From Acidimicrobiia bacterium (GTDB lineage Bacteria; Actinomycetota; Acidimicrobiia; Spongiisociales; Spongiisociaceae): 64,000 nucleotides of DNA. The stretch spans positions 17,177 to 81,176 of the forward strand of contig WTGI01000013.1 of the NCBI GenBank assembly GCA_011523635.1. Reading direction: 5' to 3'. How positions within the stretch are numbered: the first letter of the stretch is position 1; every line of letters starts with the position of its first letter. This document shows, piece after piece, positions 42,433-51,214 of the stretch. The notes under the pieces were generated by a model. It saw nothing but the letters and a program-made list of their open reading frames with translations, did no database searches and was not told the DNA's origin. The position numbers and the translations under genes are program-made.

Positions 42433-43482
42433 ATGTCTACCCGGCGTAGGGTGGTGCTCGAGAATGCCCCGCTGCCTTCTCCCTTTCCCGAGGGCTGGTA
42501 CTTCGTCACGAGCCGTAGGGCACTGCTGGAAGCCGGGATCATCGAAAAGACATGGATGGGAGAGAACATCGTCGCCTGGAGCGACGAGAACGGCACCGTG
42601 TGCGTCGCCGGCGCCTACTGCCCGCATCTGGGCGCCGATCTGGGACCGACCGCAGGAGGTCGCATCTGTGAGGGGCGGCTGGTCTGCCCGTTCCATGGCT
42701 ACGAGTTCGACGCCACCGGGCAGTGCGTGGCCACCCCCTATTCCCCGCCGCCCACGACCGCGAGGTTACGCGTGTTCGAGACGCAGGAGATCGCGGGCCT
42801 GATCTTCGCCTGGTGGGGGATCGGGGGACGGGTGCCGCAATGGAGTCTGCCGGAGGATGAACCGGATCAGGCCGGCTGGACCGGTCTCAAGATCAGAACT
42901 CTCCGATTTCCCGGCCATCCCCAAGAGACGACGGAGAACTCGGTCGACGTGGGCCACCTGCGCTACGTCCACGGCTATGACAGCGTGGACCGCGTTGGGC
43001 GGGTGTCCGTGGACGGGCCGCGTCTGGAGAGCGACTTCGACTTCAGGCGCACCCGGAAGATTGCCGGACCACTGACCTCCACCTTCGAAGTCTCTGCCCG
43101 CACGCGAATCTTCGGGTTGGGTTACTCGTTCGTGGAGATCCGCGAACGCTCGATCGGGATGGATCTGCGCCTGTGGGTGCTGGCCACGCCGGTCGACGGT
43201 TCGCTCATCGACCTGTCGCTGGTTTCGCAGGTGCGGGAGATACGCAAGCCGGGGCGGTGGATCGCGGGCCTGGGGTTCCTGCCGGTGAAGTGGCGAGCCC
43301 CCATCATGAACCGGTTCATCGCGTCCCAGCAGTACCGGGATGTCCAGCAGGATGAGATCATCTGGAGCCGCAAGCAGTACCGATCCCGCCCGCTCCTGTG
43401 CCGTTCCGACGGCGAGATCATGCCGTTCCGGCGCTACTGCGCCCAGTTCTATCCCGACCCGGCCGATCTGGAGACTCCCTAG
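42433..43482 (+). CDS. Rieske [2Fe-2S] non-heme iron oxygenase (KshA/PAO/Neverland-like single-component alpha subunit)
   Basis: Rieske CPHLGADL...CPFHGYEF motif, and a mononuclear Fe motif E-x3-D-x2-H-x4-H (ENSVDVGHLRYVHG). Confidence 0.8.
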   Translation: MSTRRRVVLENAPLPSPFPEGWYFVTSRRALLEAGIIEKTWMGENIVAWSDENGTVCVAGAYCPHLGADLGPTAGGRICEGRLVCPFHGYEFDATGQCVATPYSPPPTTARLRVFETQEIAGLIFAWWGIGGRVPQWSLPEDEPDQAGWTGLKIRTLRFPGHPQETTENSVDVGHLRYVHGYDSVDRVGRVSVDGPRLESDFDFRRTRKIAGPLTSTFEVSARTRIFGLGYSFVEIRERSIGMDLRLWVLATPVDGSLIDLSLVSQVREIRKPGRWIAGLGFLPVKWRAPIMNRFIASQQYRDVQQDEIIWSRKQYRSRPLLCRSDGEIMPFRRYCAQFYPDPADLETP

Positions 43483-43505
43483 CCCGGGAATCTGACGGAA
43501 CTCCC

Positions 43506-45533
43506 TTACACCGGCAGTTCGTGCCTCTGCTCGGCGACGACGAACTTCAGCTTGTTGTTCACCGACGACGACGGGAAGGAGCTGATCTTCAGCTTGTAGT
43601 TGGCGGGAGAGATCTCGAGCCTGAAATGGTGAACGAGCAGCAGCAGATGGATCGCCAGGTGCAGGGATGTCCACCGGGACCCCAAACACGTATGGGTACC
43701 CAGACCGTACGGCGCGTAAGACGACCCGAGGTGCTCCTTGCGCGGAGGCAGGTAGCGATCGATGTCGAACGAGAAGGGATCGGGGAAGACGTCCTCCATG
43801 TAGTGCGTGGCCGTTTGGGCAATCAGAACCCGCGCTCCCTCCGGCAGCTCGTATCCCTCGACGGCGCACGTATTCATCACGTTTCGATATGAGGCCGGCA
43901 CGATCGGGTAGAGACGCAGGCACTCCATGATGAACCGGCGTGTGATGTCGATCCCTGGCCCGGTGAGTTCGTCACGATCCGGCGTCCCCTTGGCGAACAG
44001 GGCGTCTGCCTCATTGCTAATACTCTCGTGGAACTCGGGCTGCGACAACATCGCGTAGATGATTAGGCCGAGTTGATCACCGACATACATGCTTGCGATC
44101 AGCGCCGCCGAGAGCACGAAGGGCAGGTTCGACTCCGGGAGGAACTGCCGATCGCTCGCGTGCATGCTCAGCAGGTCATCGGCGAGGTCGCGAGGGCACC
44201 CAGCCCGCTGGGCGGGTGTGTGGCTACTCAGGACTCGTTCCATGACCTCTCCGACCAGCTTCGCCCGGCGCTTCATTGCGGGCGTACGCAGCATCAACTT
44301 GGGCAGGTTCCCGATTACATGGGTCTGCAGGGCTCTTTCCTTGAATTTGTGCAGGTCCGCGACGACATCCTGAGTATCGATGCTGACCATGGCGGGCGAC
44401 AACGTTGAATTGACCAACTGCCTGCACATCGTCTTTGCAGGGAGCTTGTCACCGATAGACCAAGCCGCCATGTAGGCCCGGGCGGTGGAGTAGCACTCAT
44501 CCAGCCGAGTCTCCAACCTGGTGCGGGAATAGGCCGGTTGCATGGACTTGCGGTACCGGAAATGATCCGCACCGTCCAGGGTGGGCAGGATTCCTGATCC
44601 TCCGTATACCTTTTCGAAATCCTCCAGATAATCTCTGGATCTCAGGTACATCCGCCCATGCCGATGTGCCCAGTGATTCATCTCGGGGCCGGCGAGCAAA
44701 ATCATCGGGCCGGTCAAGGGCGGGCGGAGCTCGAACACCGGTCCATATTCTTTGGCAAGCTCTGCAAAGAAAGCCGGTAAATTACCTTGGCGAGCGGGCC
44801 GGCTGCGCAGCAACCTACGAAGCGGGACAACCGGAATCGGCTTAGCGAAAGCGGAAGACCTGAACAACGACACAGACAGGTTATGGCCAACTGCTGCGGC
44901 GATGGACCTGCCTATCAGGTCCATCTTGGAGATGAACTCGACACGCTTCTCCGACTCTTCATCGAGTTCGAATATGAATCGTAGGACATCACATGTATTG
45001 ATAAGACAGATTATGATGATATCTCTGGGGTCCGGAATCTCGTTAGCAAAGATTGCTCTGCTGAGACGTGTCTTTACGAAGTCAACGGCAGTACCTTCTC
45101 CAGATGTGGCGTAAGGACCCTTCTGCCATGCGCCCCGGGCCAGCGACCAGAAATCGCCGTCATGGTGCCGGAGTATCTCCAGGTCGACCAGCCGGTCAAG
45201 GGTCAAGTCGATAATCGATTCCGCGCGCGGGGCGAGACGTTCGATCCAGTACTGGGCGTCTCGTTGAACCGGTTCGGCCGCGATTTGCTCGAGGATAGGA
45301 TCTAGGGCAGGATCGCCCGTTTCCGTTCGGTCCAGGAGGATCAACGAATCCATATCCGTATCGATACGGGATAGGAGCGACAGCTCTCCCAGCACGCCTC
45401 CGATAACGGCACAGTTCAAATCCCACCCAGGAACCTGCCGGAAGTAGCCACTCTCCTCGTTGAGGAGTGTGAGGACGAGTTCGTCGACCAAACTGAGCTT
45501 CTGAGTGACCGCACTGTCGGCGGTTAGAGTCAT
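43506..45533 (-). CDS. Cytochrome P450 with N-terminal GPP34/GOLPH3-like domain (fusion protein)
   Basis: N-terminal ~220 aa match the GPP34 pattern (LSLVDELVLTLLNEESG...AVIGGVLGELSLLSRI). The C-terminus carries P450 EXXR (ECLR), PERF-like DPFSFDIDRY and a heme loop YGLGTHTCLG. This part of the gene appears visibly AT-richer by eye (not computed). Confidence 0.75.
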   Translation of the reverse strand: MTLTADSAVTQKLSLVDELVLTLLNEESGYFRQVPGWDLNCAVIGGVLGELSLLSRIDTDMDSLILLDRTETGDPALDPILEQIAAEPVQRDAQYWIERLAPRAESIIDLTLDRLVDLEILRHHDGDFWSLARGAWQKGPYATSGEGTAVDFVKTRLSRAIFANEIPDPRDIIIICLINTCDVLRFIFELDEESEKRVEFISKMDLIGRSIAAAVGHNLSVSLFRSSAFAKPIPVVPLRRLLRSRPARQGNLPAFFAELAKEYGPVFELRPPLTGPMILLAGPEMNHWAHRHGRMYLRSRDYLEDFEKVYGGSGILPTLDGADHFRYRKSMQPAYSRTRLETRLDECYSTARAYMAAWSIGDKLPAKTMCRQLVNSTLSPAMVSIDTQDVVADLHKFKERALQTHVIGNLPKLMLRTPAMKRRAKLVGEVMERVLSSHTPAQRAGCPRDLADDLLSMHASDRQFLPESNLPFVLSAALIASMYVGDQLGLIIYAMLSQPEFHESISNEADALFAKGTPDRDELTGPGIDITRRFIMECLRLYPIVPASYRNVMNTCAVEGYELPEGARVLIAQTATHYMEDVFPDPFSFDIDRYLPPRKEHLGSSYAPYGLGTHTCLGSRWTSLHLAIHLLLLVHHFRLEISPANYKLKISSFPSSSVNNKLKFVVAEQRHELPV

Positions 45534-45666
45534 CCGTCCGGTCCCTCCGTCACCAACCTTCGAATCTTAGCATGAACCACGCATGAAGAAAGTATGAAGA
45601 AGCTGTTCGGGAGCATGAAGCGTAGAGAGGTGGTATCCACTGAGGGGGTCCGGTAGGCTGGGCGCC

Positions 45667-46437
45667 ATGGCTCAACTACAACTGCGTCCACTGGGTGTCG
45701 GCGAAATCGTCGACGCCACCTTCACCGTCTACCGCCGCCGCTTCGGCCCGATGTTCGCCATCGCGCTGATGCTCGTGTTCATCCCTTTCCTCGTCAGCCT
45801 GGTCGGGGGCTGCAGCCTTGACTCGGGCGGCATCACTACGTGCACGTCTCCCATCGGTTGGCTCGGGTATTACGTAAGCGTTGTCGGTTCGTTCGTGGCG
45901 AGCGTGGCTGCCGTCCTCGTGGCTGCCGGAGCGTATGCAGATGTCCCGTCCGACTGGCGGAGCGCGATGAACACCGGAATCCGGAGGATCGTCCCGATCA
46001 TCGCGGCGACGATCGTGGCCGGGGTTTTGATCGCCATCGGATTCCTGCTCGTGATCATCCCCGGGATCTTCCTTGCCGTGTCGCTGGCGGTGGTCTGGGA
46101 GGCTCTGATCATTGAAGATGTCGGTCCGATGGAGAGCATCAAGCGGTCGTGGCGCCTGGTGGCGGGCGAGCGCTGGCGGGTGTTCGGCGCCGGCTTCCTC
46201 GTCATAGTCCTGTCGGCCATCTTCTTCGGGATCGTCTCGGCCGTGGTCTGGCTCATCCTCTCGACCGGCCTCGGCGTGAGCGGTGGGATTGCCGGCTACC
46301 TCGTCCAGCAGGTCGCCACCCTGCTGTCGGTCCCGCTGACGGCCGCGCTCGGCACGGTCATCTATCTCGACCTGCGGGTCCGCAAGGAGTCGCTGAGCGC
46401 AGCCGAACTCGCCGCCGCTCTGTCCGAACAAGGCTGA
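45667..46437 (+). CDS. Hypothetical polytopic membrane protein
   Basis: 256 aa, about six TM helices. Confidence 0.55.
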   Translation: MAQLQLRPLGVGEIVDATFTVYRRRFGPMFAIALMLVFIPFLVSLVGGCSLDSGGITTCTSPIGWLGYYVSVVGSFVASVAAVLVAAGAYADVPSDWRSAMNTGIRRIVPIIAATIVAGVLIAIGFLLVIIPGIFLAVSLAVVWEALIIEDVGPMESIKRSWRLVAGERWRVFGAGFLVIVLSAIFFGIVSAVVWLILSTGLGVSGGIAGYLVQQVATLLSVPLTAALGTVIYLDLRVRKESLSAAELAAALSEQG

Positions 46438-46526
46438 TTCTCAACTAGCCTCCGAATCCGAGCAACATCCCACCGTTGATCGACGGTTCTGCGCAACCAC
46501 ATGGAACGCGTAGGATCGGAACCAGC

Positions 46527-46600
46527 GGCCCCGTCGTCCAGCCGGCCTAGGACGCTGGCCTTTCAAGCCAGAAACGCGGGTTCGAATCCCGTCGGGGCCA
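46527..46600 (+). tRNA. tRNA-Glu (anticodon UUC)
   Basis: Manual cloverleaf: acceptor GGCCCCG/CGGGGCC, anticodon stem CTGGC/GCCAG, loop CTTTCAA, T-loop TTCGAAT, discriminator A. No encoded CCA. Confidence 0.85.
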
Positions 46601-46735
46601 CTGTTTCTCTTCGGGGGCTGCGGCGTGTCGTCGCGGCTGCGACCGAGCGGAACGCGTTGCCCGAGCTACGGCCGCGCTCACGAATCGGGCTGCTACCGTC
46701 TCCTGCGCCCCACCCGGCCCTTTCCTGAGGTGTAG

Positions 46736-47932
46736 ATGACCGGGGACAGACACTTCTACGTCGAGACGTTCGGCTCGGTCCGGTTGAGTTCGTTCCGGCT
46801 CGGCCGATCGCCCTTTGCCGACCGGTACGTGACGGATCAGACCGTCTTCGGCCTGTACTGCGGTCGCCTGTATCCCATCAAGGCGTACCCTGACGAGGAC
46901 CCCGTTCCCCAGTACTGGAAGTTGCGGAACGGGGTGATGCTGTACGACGTCCCCGAAAAGCCCCTCGAGATCATCGGCCCGGAAGCCGCCAGGATGCTCG
47001 AGAGGGTCCTCACCTGCAGGGTCGGCACGCTCGCAGTGGGTCGGGCTCGGTACGGAATCGCCTGCAATGAGGACGGCACCGTTCTGATGGACGGTGTGAT
47101 CATGCGCCTCGCGCCGGATCGCTTCTGGTATGTGAAGGCGAACGGTGAATTCGAGGGTTGGCTCACGGCGCACGCCATGGGGCTCGATGCCGAAGTCTCC
47201 GATCCGGATTCGAGAGTCCTCCAGATTCAGGGACCGAGTTCGCTCGACGTGCTGGACGCGGCGATCGGCGGTGGACTATCGACCGACTTCAGGTACTTCC
47301 ACGCCGGATTCTTCGAAATCGACGGACAGACACTGTGGGTGTCCCGGACCGGATGGACGGGCGAGGCGGGGATCGAGATCTACTGCAACAGCGGTCCGGA
47401 GGCGACGGATCATGACGCCCTCTGGGATTACCTGCTCGCGTGCGGTGAGCCCTTCGGCATGGAGTTCAGCTCGTCTTCATCGATGGGCATACGGCGCATC
47501 GAGGCCGGCATCCTGGACAACGGCACGGATATCGAGCCGGACCTGACCCCGTACGGCGCCGGCCTCGGGAATTTTGTTGCACTCGACAAGGGGGACTTCA
47601 TCGGACGCTCCGCGCTGGCGAGGGCCGATCGCAGCCAACTCCTGTTCGGCCTGGTTTGTGCTACCGCAGCACCGGACGCCGGGATGCAGGTGCACCTCGA
47701 GAACGGCCCGGTCGGGCATATCACGATCGGCACCTGGTCGCCCTCGCTGGAGGCAGGAGTCGGCTACGTGCGCTTCGACCGGCCTCTGCCGGGCGGCGAC
47801 TGGCTCGGCAAGACGGTCTCGTTGATCGACCATAAGGGAGCTCCTCACCCGGCGACCGTTGACACCCTGCCGTTCGTGGATAAGGAGAAGCGGTTGCCCC
47901 GCGCCGAATGGAGTGGCGGACGGTCCGGTTGA
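46736..47932 (+). CDS. Aminomethyltransferase (GcvT) family folate-binding protein
   Basis: 398 aa with a GcvT fold (…VSRTGWTGEAGIEIY…). A GAGGTG SD precedes ATG 46736. Confidence 0.7.
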   Translation: MTGDRHFYVETFGSVRLSSFRLGRSPFADRYVTDQTVFGLYCGRLYPIKAYPDEDPVPQYWKLRNGVMLYDVPEKPLEIIGPEAARMLERVLTCRVGTLAVGRARYGIACNEDGTVLMDGVIMRLAPDRFWYVKANGEFEGWLTAHAMGLDAEVSDPDSRVLQIQGPSSLDVLDAAIGGGLSTDFRYFHAGFFEIDGQTLWVSRTGWTGEAGIEIYCNSGPEATDHDALWDYLLACGEPFGMEFSSSSSMGIRRIEAGILDNGTDIEPDLTPYGAGLGNFVALDKGDFIGRSALARADRSQLLFGLVCATAAPDAGMQVHLENGPVGHITIGTWSPSLEAGVGYVRFDRPLPGGDWLGKTVSLIDHKGAPHPATVDTLPFVDKEKRLPRAEWSGGRSG

Positions 47933-47959
47933 CACCGGCCTGCCGATACCTGGTATCTT

Positions 47960-48031
47960 GCGGGCCTGATCGGGAGTGGTGTAATCGGCAGCACGACAGG
48001 TTCTGGCCCTGTTAGTAGGGGTTCGAGTCCT
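47960..48031 (+). tRNA. tRNA-Gln (anticodon CUG)
   Basis: Manual cloverleaf: acceptor TCGGGAG/CTCCCGA, D-stem GTGT/GCAC, anticodon stem ACAGG/CCTGT, loop TTCTGGC, T-loop TTCGAGT. Confidence 0.85.
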
Positions 48032-48068
48032 CTCTCCCGAGCGGTTGGTATCATTCGCCACACGCAGT

Positions 48069-48141
48069 GGCCCCGTCGTCTAGGGGCCTAGGACACCGCC
48101 CTCTCAAGGCGGAGACGCCAGTTCAAATCTGGTCGGGGCTG
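48069..48141 (+). tRNA. tRNA-Glu (anticodon CUC)
   Basis: Manual cloverleaf parallel to E. coli tRNA-Glu: acceptor GGCCCCG/CGGGGCT (G1-U72), anticodon stem CCGCC/GGCGG, loop CTCTCAA, T-loop TTCAAAT. Confidence 0.85.
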
Positions 48142-48209
48142 CGATAGAACGACCCGGTCGGGCTCATCACCGTTGGTGAGGGGCTCCGGTCGGGTCTTTC
48201 CTTGTCCGG

Positions 48210-48914
48210 TCAGGCCCGTCCGTAGACTGGTACAACGGCTCCTGACATGACACCCGACTCCCCAGTCAGGATGAACTCCGCCACCGCAGCGATCTCGTCA
48301 GGGGTGGGCCACTTGACGTACTCCGCGAAAGGCAGCGCCCGGCGGGTGGCCGGGGTATCCATCACCGACGGCAGGATCACGTTGACGGTGACGTCGGCGT
48401 CCTCCAACTCAGCCGCGGCGGTCTTGGCCAGGGCGACCACCCCCGCCTTGGCGATGTTGAAGGCCGCCTGCCCGGGTGGGTTGTCCACTACCGCCCGGCT
48501 CCCGACCAGCAGGATGCGGCCCCCGCCGGTCTCGAGGTGGGGGACGGCGGCCCGCACGGTGTAGAAGGCCGACCGCAGGTTCAGGTCGATCATCCAGTCG
48601 AACCGCACATCGTCGGTGTCCTTCACATCCCGTCCGGCGGCCCAGCCTCCCACGAGACAGGCCACCGCGTCGATACGCCCGAACCGGGCTGCCACCCTGG
48701 CCATGAAGTCTTCGACCTCCCCGGATTCGGTGGCGTTGACGCGGCGGAGGACCAGTTGATCCTCATCGAAGGGGAACCGTTCCTCGAACTCGTCAGTGTC
48801 GATGGGTCTGAGATAGGTGGCGCCGATGCGGTAGCCCCGGCGGATCAGCCGCCCGGTGAGGGCGGCGCCGAGCCCGCTGGTGGCGCCGACGATGACTGCT
48901 ACACGACCGCTCAT
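48210..48914 (-). CDS. SDR family oxidoreductase
   Basis: Start at MSGRVAVIVGATSGLGAAL (TGxxxGxG). The track ORF extends further upstream, antisense to the neighbouring gene. Confidence 0.75.
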   Translation of the reverse strand: MSGRVAVIVGATSGLGAALTGRLIRRGYRIGATYLRPIDTDEFEERFPFDEDQLVLRRVNATESGEVEDFMARVAARFGRIDAVACLVGGWAAGRDVKDTDDVRFDWMIDLNLRSAFYTVRAAVPHLETGGGRILLVGSRAVVDNPPGQAAFNIAKAGVVALAKTAAAELEDADVTVNVILPSVMDTPATRRALPFAEYVKWPTPDEIAAVAEFILTGESGVMSGAVVPVYGRA

Positions 48915-48921
48915 GATGAGA

Positions 48922-50241
48922 TCAGGATATAACGATCCGCTCGGTGGCGGGACCATTCCCCGATCTGTCCACGATCCACAGGTCGGCGACGTTGGTACCC
49001 GTTCTCCCGGTCCGGAGCAGCCCCCCTGCCGCCTCCAGGTACGGATAGGAGTCGCAGGCGTCCAGGTGTCGGCGCGCCGGCGCCGGATCGGTGACCGTGG
49101 CGCCGTCCACGCAGCCACCGGCCGCATCGGTCGGGCCGTCCACACCGTCGGTTCCGAAGGCAAGAAACCGGTGCCGGCTCCCGGCGATCTCGATGCCTGC
49201 GGCGACGGCGGCATGCTGGTTGCGACCCCCCTTGCCCGGCCCGCGTACCTCCACTGTGGTCTCTCCGGCCAGGACCCGGACCGTGCCCGCCGGAGTGGCT
49301 TCCAGCTCCCTCAGGACGGCTTCCTCGGTGTCCCCGGCCAGCCGCTCGGGGACCGGCGACACGTCCAGGCCGGCCGACGACAGGAACCGGACAGCCGCCC
49401 GCCCCGCGGTCATCCCGTCAGCCAGGATCAGGGCGAGATCCTTCCCCGGCACGCGGTGGGTACCGAAGCGCTCGACCCCGGCGTCGGCCACGCGCCGGAC
49501 CCGCTCCGCCGTGCTGCCCCGGATCGGGTAACGGTCGAGTGTCTCGCTCAAGGAAGCCGGGCTCCGGGGTGCGGTCACGGTGGGGCCGGACGCCACCACC
49601 GCCGGGTCGTCGCCCACGTCCGAGACCATCAGCGTGACCACCGGGCTCCGGCATCGTGCCGCCAACCGGCCGGCCTTCACCCGCGATACCGACTGTCGGA
49701 CCCGGTTGATCGTCTCGATGGGGGCGCCCGAGCGGAGCAGTTGGTCGTTCAGGTCCTGGATGTCGTCGAGGCTGAGGCCCTCGGCCGGTGCCTCCAGCAA
49801 CGCCGATCCGCCCCCGGACACGAGAGCCAGCAGGAGCTCGTCCGGCCCCACGCCTTGCGCCATGTCGATGGCGCGTTCGGCCGCTCTGACGCTTCCCTCA
49901 TCGGGCACCGGATGGCCTCCCACCAGCACTTCCGCCCAACCAGGCGCCTCCTCGGCCTGGTCGGTCACCACCAGGCCTCGCGACACCAGCGGTCCCAGGG
50001 TGTCCGCCGCGCCACGGCTCATACCGGTGGCCGCCTTGCCGACCGCCAGCACCGCCACCCGCCGCGCCCCGATGAAGTGCCCTCCGGCGTGAAGCCCACC
50101 CTCCGCCTTGCCGAGCGCAGCGCGCACCAACCGGCGGGGATCCACCTCCTCCAATGCCGCATCCACGGCGCCGAGCAGGCGGCCCGTGGCCCGAGGGCGG
50201 ATGGCCCGGAGATCGCCGAGCCGCTCGCCGGCCAGTCCCAT
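48922..50241 (-). CDS. Glycerate kinase (MOFRL/GlxK-type, glycerate 2-kinase family)
   Basis: 439 aa with MOFRL N- and C-terminal domains (…LVSGGGSALLEAP…GTDGVDGPTDAAG…). Confidence 0.75.
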   Translation of the reverse strand: MGLAGERLGDLRAIRPRATGRLLGAVDAALEEVDPRRLVRAALGKAEGGLHAGGHFIGARRVAVLAVGKAATGMSRGAADTLGPLVSRGLVVTDQAEEAPGWAEVLVGGHPVPDEGSVRAAERAIDMAQGVGPDELLLALVSGGGSALLEAPAEGLSLDDIQDLNDQLLRSGAPIETINRVRQSVSRVKAGRLAARCRSPVVTLMVSDVGDDPAVVASGPTVTAPRSPASLSETLDRYPIRGSTAERVRRVADAGVERFGTHRVPGKDLALILADGMTAGRAAVRFLSSAGLDVSPVPERLAGDTEEAVLRELEATPAGTVRVLAGETTVEVRGPGKGGRNQHAAVAAGIEIAGSRHRFLAFGTDGVDGPTDAAGGCVDGATVTDPAPARRHLDACDSYPYLEAAGGLLRTGRTGTNVADLWIVDRSGNGPATERIVIS

Positions 50242-50996
50242 CAGGGTGTGATCCGTTTGAACGCCTCGGCTCGCGAAAGGCCGGCCTCGTCACCGGCCGT
50301 CCGGGCGCGGTCGTCGATCTCGAGACGGAACGCTTCGGTTGCCTCCTCCGAGTGCCCGGCGCCGTCCATCGTGGTGGTGGCCTGGCTGGAGTGCGACAGC
50401 AGGGCGGCGACCTTGTGCTCCACGAAACCGGTCACGTCCTCGTGATGATCCGGCTCGTCCGCCGCCCACAGCAGCATGGTCCCAGGACGGTGATGGGCCA
50501 GGCCACCGGCCAGTTGCTCCGGGAAGAAGAGGTGGTCCCGGGCGGCCACCACCCCGTCAATGGCCGCCCATCCGGTCGCCCGGTGGTCGGGATGCAGCAT
50601 GTAGCGGCGCCACGGATCGTGGGTGAGGACCACGTCGGGCCGCAGCCGGCGGATCCACAGGCAAACCTCGGCGCGCAACTCCATGGTGTACTCCAACTCG
50701 CCATCGACGTGGGAGAGGTTGAGGACGCTGTCCACGCCGAGAGCCTCGGCGGCGCGGGTCTGCTCGTTCATTCTCATCCGCACCAGGTCGGACGGGCTGA
50801 GCGAGGGATCCCACGATCCCTTGGAGCCGTCGGTCAGCACCAGGATGGTCGCCTCCGTTCCTGCGGCGGCCCACTTGGCCAGGGTCCCGCCGGCTCCGAA
50901 CTCGGCGTCGTCGGGATGTGCGCCGATGGCCAGCGCTCGCCTCGGGACCGGTAGGTCGGAGGTCATGCCCTGCTCTGGGACGCGGTAATCGACCAT
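50241..50996 (-). CDS. PIG-L/LmbE family N-acetylglucosaminyl deacetylase
   Basis: AHPDDAEFGAGGTLAKW motif; 251 aa. Confidence 0.75.
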   Translation of the reverse strand: MVDYRVPEQGMTSDLPVPRRALAIGAHPDDAEFGAGGTLAKWAAAGTEATILVLTDGSKGSWDPSLSPSDLVRMRMNEQTRAAEALGVDSVLNLSHVDGELEYTMELRAEVCLWIRRLRPDVVLTHDPWRRYMLHPDHRATGWAAIDGVVAARDHLFFPEQLAGGLAHHRPGTMLLWAADEPDHHEDVTGFVEHKVAALLSHSSQATTTMDGAGHSEEATEAFRLEIDDRARTAGDEAGLSRAEAFKRITP

Positions 50997-51214
50997 GGCC
51001 CGAGCCTAGGCCATGTGCCGGGGGAGCCCGGCTCCATGGTGGTCGCCCTGCGGCCGTGGCGGTTCCGGGCCCTCCGGCCGGCGACGAGCTACGCCCCGGA
51101 CGGATGTACGCTCGGATGGTGCGGAACTCCCATCCCCCGCAGTCCCTTACCCCCGCCGGGTCCGGCCAGGCCCTGACCGGGACCTGGACGCGCGCCGGCT
51201 CCCTCGGAGCCCTG

